30,637 nucleotides of DNA from Opitutia bacterium (GTDB lineage Bacteria > Verrucomicrobiota > Verrucomicrobiia > Opitutales > T3Sed10-336): NCBI GenBank assembly GCA_050506795.1, contig JBJHCF010000052.1, positions 1-30,637 of the forward strand, given 5' to 3'. The translations under genes were made by a program, and so were the position numbers. Of the stretch, positions 1 through 7,857 are shown piece after piece; positions within the stretch are counted from its first letter, which is position 1; every line of letters starts with the position of its first letter. The notes under the pieces were generated by a model. It was given only the letters and a program-made list of their open reading frames with translations, did no database searches and had not been told where the DNA came from.

Positions 1-46
1 TCCGGCGGGTCTCTTCGTCCAATTTAATTTCGGTTGCACGTCTCAT
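1..46 (-). CDS. N-terminal fragment of a putative IS630-family transposase (partial)
   Basis: ATG at 46 gives MRRATEIKLDEETRR, open to the window edge. It resembles the 'MRxAxxIxLxxEER' starts of IS630 transposases as recalled. Only 15 aa are visible. Confidence 0.55.
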   Translation of the reverse strand, partial: MRRATEIKLDEETRR

Positions 47-104
47 AGGGAATATGAAACCAGAACGGCCTATATGTTCCATTATTTATGGCGGTCTACA
101 CTAG
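1..104 (-). mobile_element. Probable left end of an IS630-family insertion sequence (continues beyond the window edge)
   Basis: Minus strand reads CTAG-TGTAGACCGCCATAAATAATGGAAC...ATG. This AT-rich end begins at a CTAG/TA site, the known IS630-family target, and is followed by an ORF whose N-terminus resembles IS630 transposases. Confidence 0.6.
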
Positions 105-2680
105 GGATTGTCCGATGCCAAATTCGTTTCGCCGGCTTCAAGTCCCTGGGCTTCGGCACGGACGGTTACTGGGTCCGTCGTGCCCGCCGGAATTCGGACG
201 ATGGCGAGGAGCAGTCCGTTGAAGGTGTCCCGTTCGGGGGCTGAGAATGGCACGTGACTGGTGGGGTCGCCGTTGTCGGTGGCGATCAGTTCGGCGGGGC
301 CGGATACGGCAAACGTCACCGGAACCTTTGCCTGCGGGACAAGATTTCCGGAGGCGTCGACCACGGTGGCGGTCACGAATACCAGTTCGTCCTGTGCATG
401 GGCATCCTTTCTTCTCGGCCGTTCGACGCTCAGCCGAAGCGCCGCCGCGGGGCCGGCGGTACGTTGTGCGTTCTCCGCCCAGGGCTTGCCGTCTTTATAG
501 GCGACGACCTTCAGTTCGCCCGGTTCGTAAACCACGTCGTCCCAGCGCAGCCGATACGTGAACGGTTCCTTTTTTCGGCGACCCAGGGAGCGGCCGTTTA
601 GGAACAGTTCGGCTTCATCGCCCGACGTGTAAACGTGTACCGGCGTGACCTCGCCCTCCCTTCCGGGCCAGGTCCAGTGCGGGACGATGTGTGCCATCGG
701 ATGATCCGGCCGCCAGCGAGCCTGGTAGAGGTAAAACCGGTCCTTTTTGAAGCCGGCCAGGTCGATGATGCCGAAGTAGGAACTGCGGGAGGGGAAGGTT
801 TTGAGCCCCATTTCCGCGAGTTCTTTCTCCGCCCGTGCCTTCTGCTCCGGATCGGAAAAGTTCAGCAGATTGGTGCTGTCGGAGTTGTAGGGTGTGGGTT
901 CCCCCAGGTAGTCGAATCCGGTCCAGACGAATTCCCCCAGCGACGTCGGATTGTGGTCCTGGGCGGCGAATTCCACATCGGGCGGGGTGGCCCAGCCGGC
1001 GGCGTAGAGGTCGTAGGAACTCACCTGGAAGTTAGCGCGCCCGTCGGCTTTGTCGTCCGATACCGGGAAAACGTACTCGCCGCGCGAACTCACGGTGGAG
1101 GCGGTTTCGCTGCCGTAAAAGGGAATCTCCGGGTGACGCCGTGCGAAGTCTTCGTACTCGTGGGGTTTGTAGTTGAAGCCGTACACATCCATGGTGTGCT
1201 GGAAGCCATTGCGACAGGATTCGGGAATGTGACAGCCGACGGTTACCAGGCGGGTGGGGTCTTCCGATTTTACAATGGCGGCCAGGCGCCGGGAGGTTTC
1301 CGCGCCTTCCGGTTTGGCCTGCTCGGCGATCTCATTTCCCGTGCTCCAAAGGATCACGCAGGGGTGATTGCGATCGCGGCGGACCAGGGCGCGCAGATCG
1401 GCTTCGTGCCAGTCGGGGAAAAGCCGGTGGTAGTCGTTCGGCTTTTTGGAATAGGCCCAGGTGTCGAAGGCTTCGTCGATCACCAGGAGCCCGCGCCGGT
1501 CGCAGGAGGCGAGCAGTTCGGGGGCGGGCGGGTTGTGGGTGGTGCGGATGGCGTTGACACCCATTTCCTGCAGGAGGTCGAGCTGACGTTCCATTGCGTC
1601 CAGGTGGAGCGCGCTGCCCAGTGCCCCAAGGTCGTGGTGTTGGCAGACACCGTTCAGACGCAGCGGTTCGCCGTTCAGTAGAAATCCTTTGGCCGGATCA
1701 ACGGCGACCGTGCGGATTCCGAAAAGCGTTTCGCAACGGTCCAGCGCGATACCCTCGCGTTCGATGGTGGTGATGGCACAATACAGGTTGGGAGAATCCG
1801 TGCTCCAGAGCGCGGGCTGCGAAACCGCCGCGGTAGCGGTTTGAACCGCGCGTTCGCCGGCTTTGATGCCGACCGTTTCCGGGCCGGTCACCGCGACCGG
1901 CTTACTCCCGGGACGACCGTCCGCGTCGAGGGCGAAGATCTCCGTCCGCACGTTTACGGTGACGTCACTGTTCTCGGTGTTGCGTACGGTGGTTGCGATT
2001 TTGATACGGGCCTTTTCCACACTCACTTCCGGGGTGGTGATGGCGACGCCCCATTGATCGATGTGGACCGGTCCGTTCCGGACCAGCCAGACGTTGCGGT
2101 AGATCCCGCCGCCCGGATACCAACGGGAGGAATCCGGGGGGTTGTCCAACCGGATGGCGATGACGTTGCGGCCGGTGCGATTGAGGTGAGGGGTCAGGTC
2201 GATGCGAAACGAGGCGTAGCCGTAGGGCCACCCGCCGGCGAACCGACCGTTGACCCACGCCAGGGCGTGGGACATGGCGCCGTCGATGTCGAGGAACCAG
2301 CGATCGTTATCCGCTCGGGCAGGGAGTTCGAAATGCTTGCGGTACCAGGCGACCCCCCACCATTGAAGTTTGCCGGTTTCGCCTGGATATTCCTGACGGA
2401 AAGGGCCTTCCACACCCCAGTCGTGCGGCAGCGAAAGCTCCCGCCAGGTGCAATCGTCGTATTCGGCATGTGCGCGGACGGGTGAGGGCGGGGGTGCCTC
2501 CGGCGGAACGGTTGAAGGTTTCCCAACGAGGTCGGCGGTGGGAAGGAGATGCCGGCGCATCGTGTTGTAAGCCAGGTCGACGGCGTCCGCGACGGACTCA
2601 TGTTCCAGGCCGAAGCGCCAATTGTGGTTGAACGAAAGTCGATCTCGGGGATGCACGGGATTGGGATTGCTGTTGGTCAT
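101..2680 (-). CDS. Glycoside hydrolase family 2 beta-galactosidase with C-terminal Ig-like domains
   Basis: LPHDW, SSRWYPGGGIYRNVWL, GVCQHHDLGALG, NAIRTTHNP, WSTGNE (acid/base), GSETAS (nucleophile), FVWTGFDYLGEPTP, SSYFGIID. No obvious signal peptide. Confidence 0.93.
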   Translation of the reverse strand: MTNSNPNPVHPRDRLSFNHNWRFGLEHESVADAVDLAYNTMRRHLLPTADLVGKPSTVPPEAPPPSPVRAHAEYDDCTWRELSLPHDWGVEGPFRQEYPGETGKLQWWGVAWYRKHFELPARADNDRWFLDIDGAMSHALAWVNGRFAGGWPYGYASFRIDLTPHLNRTGRNVIAIRLDNPPDSSRWYPGGGIYRNVWLVRNGPVHIDQWGVAITTPEVSVEKARIKIATTVRNTENSDVTVNVRTEIFALDADGRPGSKPVAVTGPETVGIKAGERAVQTATAAVSQPALWSTDSPNLYCAITTIEREGIALDRCETLFGIRTVAVDPAKGFLLNGEPLRLNGVCQHHDLGALGSALHLDAMERQLDLLQEMGVNAIRTTHNPPAPELLASCDRRGLLVIDEAFDTWAYSKKPNDYHRLFPDWHEADLRALVRRDRNHPCVILWSTGNEIAEQAKPEGAETSRRLAAIVKSEDPTRLVTVGCHIPESCRNGFQHTMDVYGFNYKPHEYEDFARRHPEIPFYGSETASTVSSRGEYVFPVSDDKADGRANFQVSSYDLYAAGWATPPDVEFAAQDHNPTSLGEFVWTGFDYLGEPTPYNSDSTNLLNFSDPEQKARAEKELAEMGLKTFPSRSSYFGIIDLAGFKKDRFYLYQARWRPDHPMAHIVPHWTWPGREGEVTPVHVYTSGDEAELFLNGRSLGRRKKEPFTYRLRWDDVVYEPGELKVVAYKDGKPWAENAQRTAGPAAALRLSVERPRRKDAHAQDELVFVTATVVDASGNLVPQAKVPVTFAVSGPAELIATDNGDPTSHVPFSAPERDTFNGLLLAIVRIPAGTTDPVTVRAEAQGLEAGETNLASDNP

Positions 2681-2692
2681 GGCAGGTGGGAC

Positions 2693-2708
2693 GTAAACCG
2701 CTCACAAT
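2693..2708. promoter_or_regulatory. LacI-family operator-like site upstream of the GH2 gene
   Basis: Minus strand ATTGTGAGCGGTTTAC, close to lacO1 ATTGTGAGCGGATAAC. It lies just downstream of a TTGACC -35-like hexamer (2724-2719) and 12 nt before the GH2 ATG. Confidence 0.5.
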
Positions 2709-2905
2709 AATAAATGGGGGTCAATCTGAAATCAGGGCCGCTGAAGGGAAAGACCGTTGCACTTATGAGTGCTATGAGCGATTCTGTCAATCTTCGGTCC
2801 GCTGGCTTCGGTTGCCAAACCGGGCGTTCGGGGCTTACGTTTCACAGGTAAAGCAAGGGTCGGTGTCGCGCTGAACCCAAAACCCAACTTCCAGACAGGC
2901 CAGAC

Positions 2906-3661
2906 ATGACGAAACGACCGATGAAACAACGGTTGCCAATGTTCCGTGCAGGCGGCTTCACGTTGATTGAACTCCTTACTGTTATAGCCATCATCGGAAT
3001 CCTCGCGTCGATCCTGATACCCGTTGTGTCGCGGGTTCGCGAGTCCGCCCGGAACTCCGAGTGTGTCTCCAATGTGCGGCATTGGGGTCAGGCATTGCTT
3101 CTGTATGCTGAGGAAAACAATGGCGTTTATCACATTCGCAAACAGTGGGATGCCCGGCCCGAGACGGACGGCGGCTTGGGTGAAGGACCGGACGGTACCG
3201 CCGGATTCGGGGTGGCGTCCTGGCTGTCGGCCACCAGCGACTACAATAAGTATTACCTCACCCTTGGCCGAGGAGCGATCGATTATCGAAATTGTCCGCT
3301 GGAGGAGCCGGGCTCCATTTCCTACGGGATAATTTGGCCCACGATCAATGGTGTTGAGCCGACGCTGGCCAGAGGAGTGCCGGTGGCCTCCGCCGTGGAT
3401 CCCAGCGGTTTGATGATGTTGGTGGATACCACGCGATGGGGAAATGACAACACCTTCGCCATCCGCGGCATGGGGGGCACCCGTGCGGCAACACCGGTCG
3501 CCAATATGAACCGCGGTGAATATCTCGAGCGCCGCCACCGGGGAAACATGAATGCGGTTTTTGCCGACGGACATGTGAAAATGGTTTACTGGGATGAACG
3601 AGAGCCCAACGACGGCCAATCGTTTGTCGCTCAATGGGATCGTTGGACCAGAATCCGGTAG
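2906..3661 (+). CDS. Prepilin-type N-terminal cleavage/methylation domain protein with H-X9-DG motif (DUF1559-like)
   Basis: G/FTLIELLTVIAIIGILASILIP prepilin motif, CVSNVRHWG, and C-terminal H-RGNMNAVFA-DG. Start codon uncertain. Confidence 0.9.
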   Translation: MTKRPMKQRLPMFRAGGFTLIELLTVIAIIGILASILIPVVSRVRESARNSECVSNVRHWGQALLLYAEENNGVYHIRKQWDARPETDGGLGEGPDGTAGFGVASWLSATSDYNKYYLTLGRGAIDYRNCPLEEPGSISYGIIWPTINGVEPTLARGVPVASAVDPSGLMMLVDTTRWGNDNTFAIRGMGGTRAATPVANMNRGEYLERRHRGNMNAVFADGHVKMVYWDEREPNDGQSFVAQWDRWTRIR

Positions 3662-3721
3662 ATCGATATTGAATTTTCCTCCGCCGGTTCCCTCCGGTCG
3701 GAGTCAGGGTGTGGTAACAGA

Positions 3722-3756
3722 GAAAGCCGCGACAATCCGAAGTTGTCGCGGCTTTC
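3722..3756. terminator. Bidirectional rho-independent terminator
   Basis: Perfect 14-bp stem GAAAGCCGCGACAA / TTGTCGCGGCTTTC with a 7-nt loop, between convergent genes. Confidence 0.8.
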
Positions 3757-3786
3757 CAATTGGCGCCGATGAAGAAATAATCGGAT

Positions 3787-4818
3787 TTATTCTTCGTCAG
3801 GAACCGGCGGTTCGGCCAGCGGTTCGCCGGCGGCGAACCAGCCGTCTTCGTCCCAGGTCAGCGGGCGGATCTGGAGGGTGGGGATTCCGTTGTTTCGCGC
3901 ATCGTAGAAGTGATGCACGAGGTAGGTTCGGTCGCCGTCGATCAGGACCGAGTTGTGTCCCGGACCGCGTATCCGGTCGCCGTCTCCCTCGATAACGAGG
4001 GTCGCGTACCCTTCCAGCATTGGGTTGCCCTCGCGGTCGACATAGGGGCCCTCCACCGATTCGGCGCGGCCCACACGGATGTTGTAGGTGCTGTCGACTC
4101 CCCGGCAGCAGTGGTCGTAGGAAACAAACAGGTAGAAGTGATCCCGGTGATTGATCAGGTAGGGAGCTTCGATCGAACGTTGGACCGGACGACGGGCGAT
4201 TGACCGTTCCTCGGCGCCCTCTTTCGGCTTGCCGGTTTCATAATCCAGGGGTAGCAGCATGATGCCGGCCGGTTCGCGGTTCCCCCAATGGAAGGAACCC
4301 CAGGTCAGCCAGGGCTGGCCTTTGTCGTCGAGCACCACGGCCGCGTCGATGGCGTTGTATCCGGTCTGCCCCCGGTGCGATTCAACCACTTTGCCGTGAT
4401 CGGTCCAACCGTAGTCCGAACTATCCGGGTCGAGAGTCTTCGAGGTAGCTAATCCGATCACGGACCGTTGGCTTCCGAAAGTGGATACGCTGTAGTAGAG
4501 GTGAAAACGTTCGTTGAAATAGGCCACGCCCGGAGCCCAGGGGAAAACCGCCCCTTGAATTTCCTCGGCCGCCCAGGACGGGACATCCTCCTCGAAAACG
4601 CGTCCGCTTAATTCCCAGTTGACCAGGTCCCGGGAAGTCCGGATGGGGACTCCGTGACCGGTGGAGAAAATATAATAAGTATCGCCCTCTTTGACGATTT
4701 CCGGGTCGTGCACGTGGATGATGTCGCCCTGTTGGGCGGACACGGACGACAACGCCAGGCAGCCGGACGCGGCGGATGCCAGGAGGAGGGATTTTTTGCT
4801 GGAGCGTGGTTTAGCCAT
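3787..4818 (-). CDS. GH43 arabinan endo-1,5-alpha-L-arabinanase, secreted
   Basis: Signal peptide (…SSVSA/QQ), VHDPEI, WAPGV, YYSVSTFGSQRSVIGLA, YNAIDA, IEAPYL, YDHCCRG, GPGHNSV. Confidence 0.9.
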   Translation of the reverse strand: MAKPRSSKKSLLLASAASGCLALSSVSAQQGDIIHVHDPEIVKEGDTYYIFSTGHGVPIRTSRDLVNWELSGRVFEEDVPSWAAEEIQGAVFPWAPGVAYFNERFHLYYSVSTFGSQRSVIGLATSKTLDPDSSDYGWTDHGKVVESHRGQTGYNAIDAAVVLDDKGQPWLTWGSFHWGNREPAGIMLLPLDYETGKPKEGAEERSIARRPVQRSIEAPYLINHRDHFYLFVSYDHCCRGVDSTYNIRVGRAESVEGPYVDREGNPMLEGYATLVIEGDGDRIRGPGHNSVLIDGDRTYLVHHFYDARNNGIPTLQIRPLTWDEDGWFAAGEPLAEPPVPDEE

Positions 4819-4935
4819 AGCGATGATTTCTGGTGGTTTGGGTTGATTGGATTAGGCGACGTTTGAAAGGTATAACGGGTGGTGGCGAAGGCAAGCAGCG
4901 CTGCACCATTGGTTCTCGGTATGGGCAACCGATTT

Positions 4936-4956
4936 CTCTGACAGTCAGAGTGTCAA
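4936..4956. promoter_or_regulatory. Palindromic operator-like site abutting a -35 box in the divergent arabinanase/PL26 promoter region
   Basis: CTCTGAC-A-GTCAGAG (4936-4950) lies next to minus-strand TTGACA (4956-4951). A LacI-like GGCAACCGATTTC is adjacent at 4924-4936. Confidence 0.4.
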
Positions 4957-5035
4957 CCCGTGGTCTTGCCACCGCACCATGGTCGGGGATAATAGGTACC
5001 GTCGTGTTCACTCGTTTACATCCAGCCCTTGAGTC

Positions 5036-7807
5036 ATGAAATCCTCCCGTTTTAGCCGCCGTGAATTTGTCAAGGCCGGGGCTCTTGCCGCCGCCGGATT
5101 CCATTTGTCCGGCCTTTCCGCATCCATGGGATCGAGAGCCGAATCGCCGGTCGCTTCCTCCATCGAACCGGCGCGTGGTCCCGTGGCTCCCGATCAGGCC
5201 CGGCTTCGATGGTTGGAGGGGGGAATTCCGGTGATCCGTCCGGGTACCACCTGGGGCGTTCCCTGGCCCCGAGGCGCCCATCGGCCCGGCACGCCGTTTG
5301 CCGTAAAGGGTGAGAACGGCGAGGCGGTACCCTCGCAAACCTGGCCCCTGGGGTACTGGCCGGATGGTTCCTTGAAATGGACGGCTCACGCGGTGGCCGC
5401 CGGGGCTGGCGGTTCGGAGCAATTGACGGTGGGTGCGGGAGAGGCACCCGCGCAGCCGCGCAATCCAGTGCGGGTGACCGAGGCGGAGAGCTTTTTTGAG
5501 GTGGATACCGGTGCGGTAGTGGCCCGTATCCCCAAAAGCGGCCGGTCGATTGTGGAGTCCATCACCCGCAGCGGGCAGGTCGTGGCCCGCGATGGGGAGT
5601 TGGTCGCCCTGCGGCAGGGAGATCCGGACGAGTTGGAGGAAACTCGGGTGGAACGATTCACCGGGGAAATTTCGTCCGTGACCATGGAGCAGGACGGCCC
5701 CGTGCGTGCGGTGGTCAAAATCGCCGGTTCCCACCGGTTGGCCGGGGGAGAGCATTCCTGGCTTCCGTTTGTCCTGCGATTGTATTTCTACGCCGGAGGC
5801 GATTCCGTCCGGATGATCCATTCGTTTATTTTCGACGGTGACGAAAATCAGGATTTTATCCGGGGCCTCGGCCTCAGGTTTAAGACCCCTCTACGTGATG
5901 AACTTCACAATCGGCATGTTCGTCTGGTTGGGGACGGCCACGGGCTTTTCGCGGAGGCCGTGCGCGGTCTTACCGGCCTGCGTCGCGATCCCGGCGGGCA
6001 GGTCAGGGCCGCCCAGGTGGCGGGACGTCCCACCGGTCCGGCGGACGATTTTGCCCCGACGGTGTCCGGACGACTCGATCTCATACCGGCATGGGGAGAC
6101 TTTACGCTATCCCAGCTCTCGGCCGACGGTTACCAAATCCGCAAGCGCACTCGCGCGGGACACGGTTGGATTCCCGCCGGGGCGGGGCGTCGTGCCGGCG
6201 GGTTGGCTTGTCTGGGCGGGGTTTCCGGCGGTCTCGGCCTGGGAATGCGTGATTTCTGGCAGAAACATCCGACCCAGATCGACATTCGCCATGCCGATAC
6301 GGATACGGGTGAGATCACGATCTGGCTTTGGTCGCCCGATGCCCCGGCAATGGATATCCGTTTTTACCACGACGGTATGGGCATGGAGACCCACCAGCAG
6401 GAACTCGAGGGACTGCAGATTACCTATGAAGATTACGAGGAGGGTTTTGGGACACCTCATGGCAAGGCGAGAACAACCGAACTCATGCTCTGGGCTTACG
6501 CCGCCACGCCGCCCGCCGGGGACATTGTCGGGATGGCGGACGCGGTGCGCAATCCGCCACTGATCGTCGCGGCGCCGGAGCATATGCTGGCGGCCGGTGT
6601 TTTTGGTCCCTGGAGCCTTCCCGACCGTACACAGCCGCTCAAGCGCGACGTCGAGCTGATGCACGACAGGATGCTGGCGTCCTGGATGGAAAAGGTGGAA
6701 CAGCATCGCTGGTACGGGTTTTGGGATTACGGGGATTTCATGCACAGCTACGATCCGGATCGTCATTGCTGGCGCTACGATGTCGGAGGCTTCGCCTGGG
6801 CCAACTCGGAACTATCCCCTGATCTTTGGCTCTGGTATGCCTTCCTCCGATCCGGAAGGGCGGATGTGTTTCGGTTGGCCGAAGCGATGACCCGTCACAC
6901 CGGGGAGACCGACGTTTATCACCTGGGACGATTCAAGGGGCTGGGCACCCGGCACAACGTGCAGCACTGGGGGTGCAGCGCCAAACAGGTGCGCATCAGC
7001 ACCGCGGCGTACCGAAGAATCTATTACTTCCTCACCGCCGACGAGCGGGTCGGCGACCTGATGCGCGATCTCGTCGATTCGGACCGGGCGTTCACCATCC
7101 TGGATCCGATTCGAAAGATCCGGCAGGGACCACCGCCTTCCACTGATCTCGAGGAGTTGAGCATTGGCCTGGGAACGGACTGGGGATCGCTGGCGGCCGC
7201 CTGGCTGACCGAGTGGGAGCGAACCGGTGACACCGGGATCCGGGACAAACTGGTCAACTCCATGCGAACCCTTGGTGAGCTGCAGCACGGTTTCTTCACC
7301 TCGAATGCAACCTTTAACTCCCTGACCGGAGAATTCACTCCTCCCGAGCGTCCCGGTCACGGAGTGTCCCATTTGAGCGCGGTTTTCGGATTGGTGGAGA
7401 TCGCGGCGGAACTCATCGACTTGTTCGATGAGCCCGCGTTCGAAAGCGCCTGGCTTCAGTATTGTGAGATGTTCAATGCGACCGCCGAGGAGCAGACAGA
7501 GGAGCTCGGGTTTACGCTTGGTCGTCTGAATCTGGGCCAGGCCCACAGCCGTCTTACCGCGTACGTCGGCAGAAAGCGGAACGATTCGCGGCTGCTCGAC
7601 CGCGCCTGGCGCGAGTTTCTCGGAGGCGCCGCGGGGTTGCGCCTGATGCACGATCGCGAGTTCCGTGGGGTTGAACCACCCGATGCCCTCAATCCGATTA
7701 CGGAGACGCCGTGGATGTCCACCAACGCATCCTCGCAATGGGGGCTTGCGGCGATCCAGGTGCTAGCGCTCGCGGGAGATCACGCTCCCGAATCCGATCC
7801 TACGTGA
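5036..7807 (+). CDS. Tat-exported exo-rhamnogalacturonan lyase-like protein (PL26 / B. subtilis YetA-like)
   Basis: Twin-arginine motif SRREFVK; TWGVPWPRG, YWPDGSLKWTAH, RWYGFWDYGDFMHSYD, WRYDVGGFAWANSE, LGTRHNVQHWGC. Confidence 0.8.
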   Translation: MKSSRFSRREFVKAGALAAAGFHLSGLSASMGSRAESPVASSIEPARGPVAPDQARLRWLEGGIPVIRPGTTWGVPWPRGAHRPGTPFAVKGENGEAVPSQTWPLGYWPDGSLKWTAHAVAAGAGGSEQLTVGAGEAPAQPRNPVRVTEAESFFEVDTGAVVARIPKSGRSIVESITRSGQVVARDGELVALRQGDPDELEETRVERFTGEISSVTMEQDGPVRAVVKIAGSHRLAGGEHSWLPFVLRLYFYAGGDSVRMIHSFIFDGDENQDFIRGLGLRFKTPLRDELHNRHVRLVGDGHGLFAEAVRGLTGLRRDPGGQVRAAQVAGRPTGPADDFAPTVSGRLDLIPAWGDFTLSQLSADGYQIRKRTRAGHGWIPAGAGRRAGGLACLGGVSGGLGLGMRDFWQKHPTQIDIRHADTDTGEITIWLWSPDAPAMDIRFYHDGMGMETHQQELEGLQITYEDYEEGFGTPHGKARTTELMLWAYAATPPAGDIVGMADAVRNPPLIVAAPEHMLAAGVFGPWSLPDRTQPLKRDVELMHDRMLASWMEKVEQHRWYGFWDYGDFMHSYDPDRHCWRYDVGGFAWANSELSPDLWLWYAFLRSGRADVFRLAEAMTRHTGETDVYHLGRFKGLGTRHNVQHWGCSAKQVRISTAAYRRIYYFLTADERVGDLMRDLVDSDRAFTILDPIRKIRQGPPPSTDLEELSIGLGTDWGSLAAAWLTEWERTGDTGIRDKLVNSMRTLGELQHGFFTSNATFNSLTGEFTPPERPGHGVSHLSAVFGLVEIAAELIDLFDEPAFESAWLQYCEMFNATAEEQTEELGFTLGRLNLGQAHSRLTAYVGRKRNDSRLLDRAWREFLGGAAGLRLMHDREFRGVEPPDALNPITETPWMSTNASSQWGLAAIQVLALAGDHAPESDPT

Positions 7808-7857
7808 ACTCCTCGGTCGGCGCTCCCGGCCGATCGGATTCAAGAACTTTACCAAAC

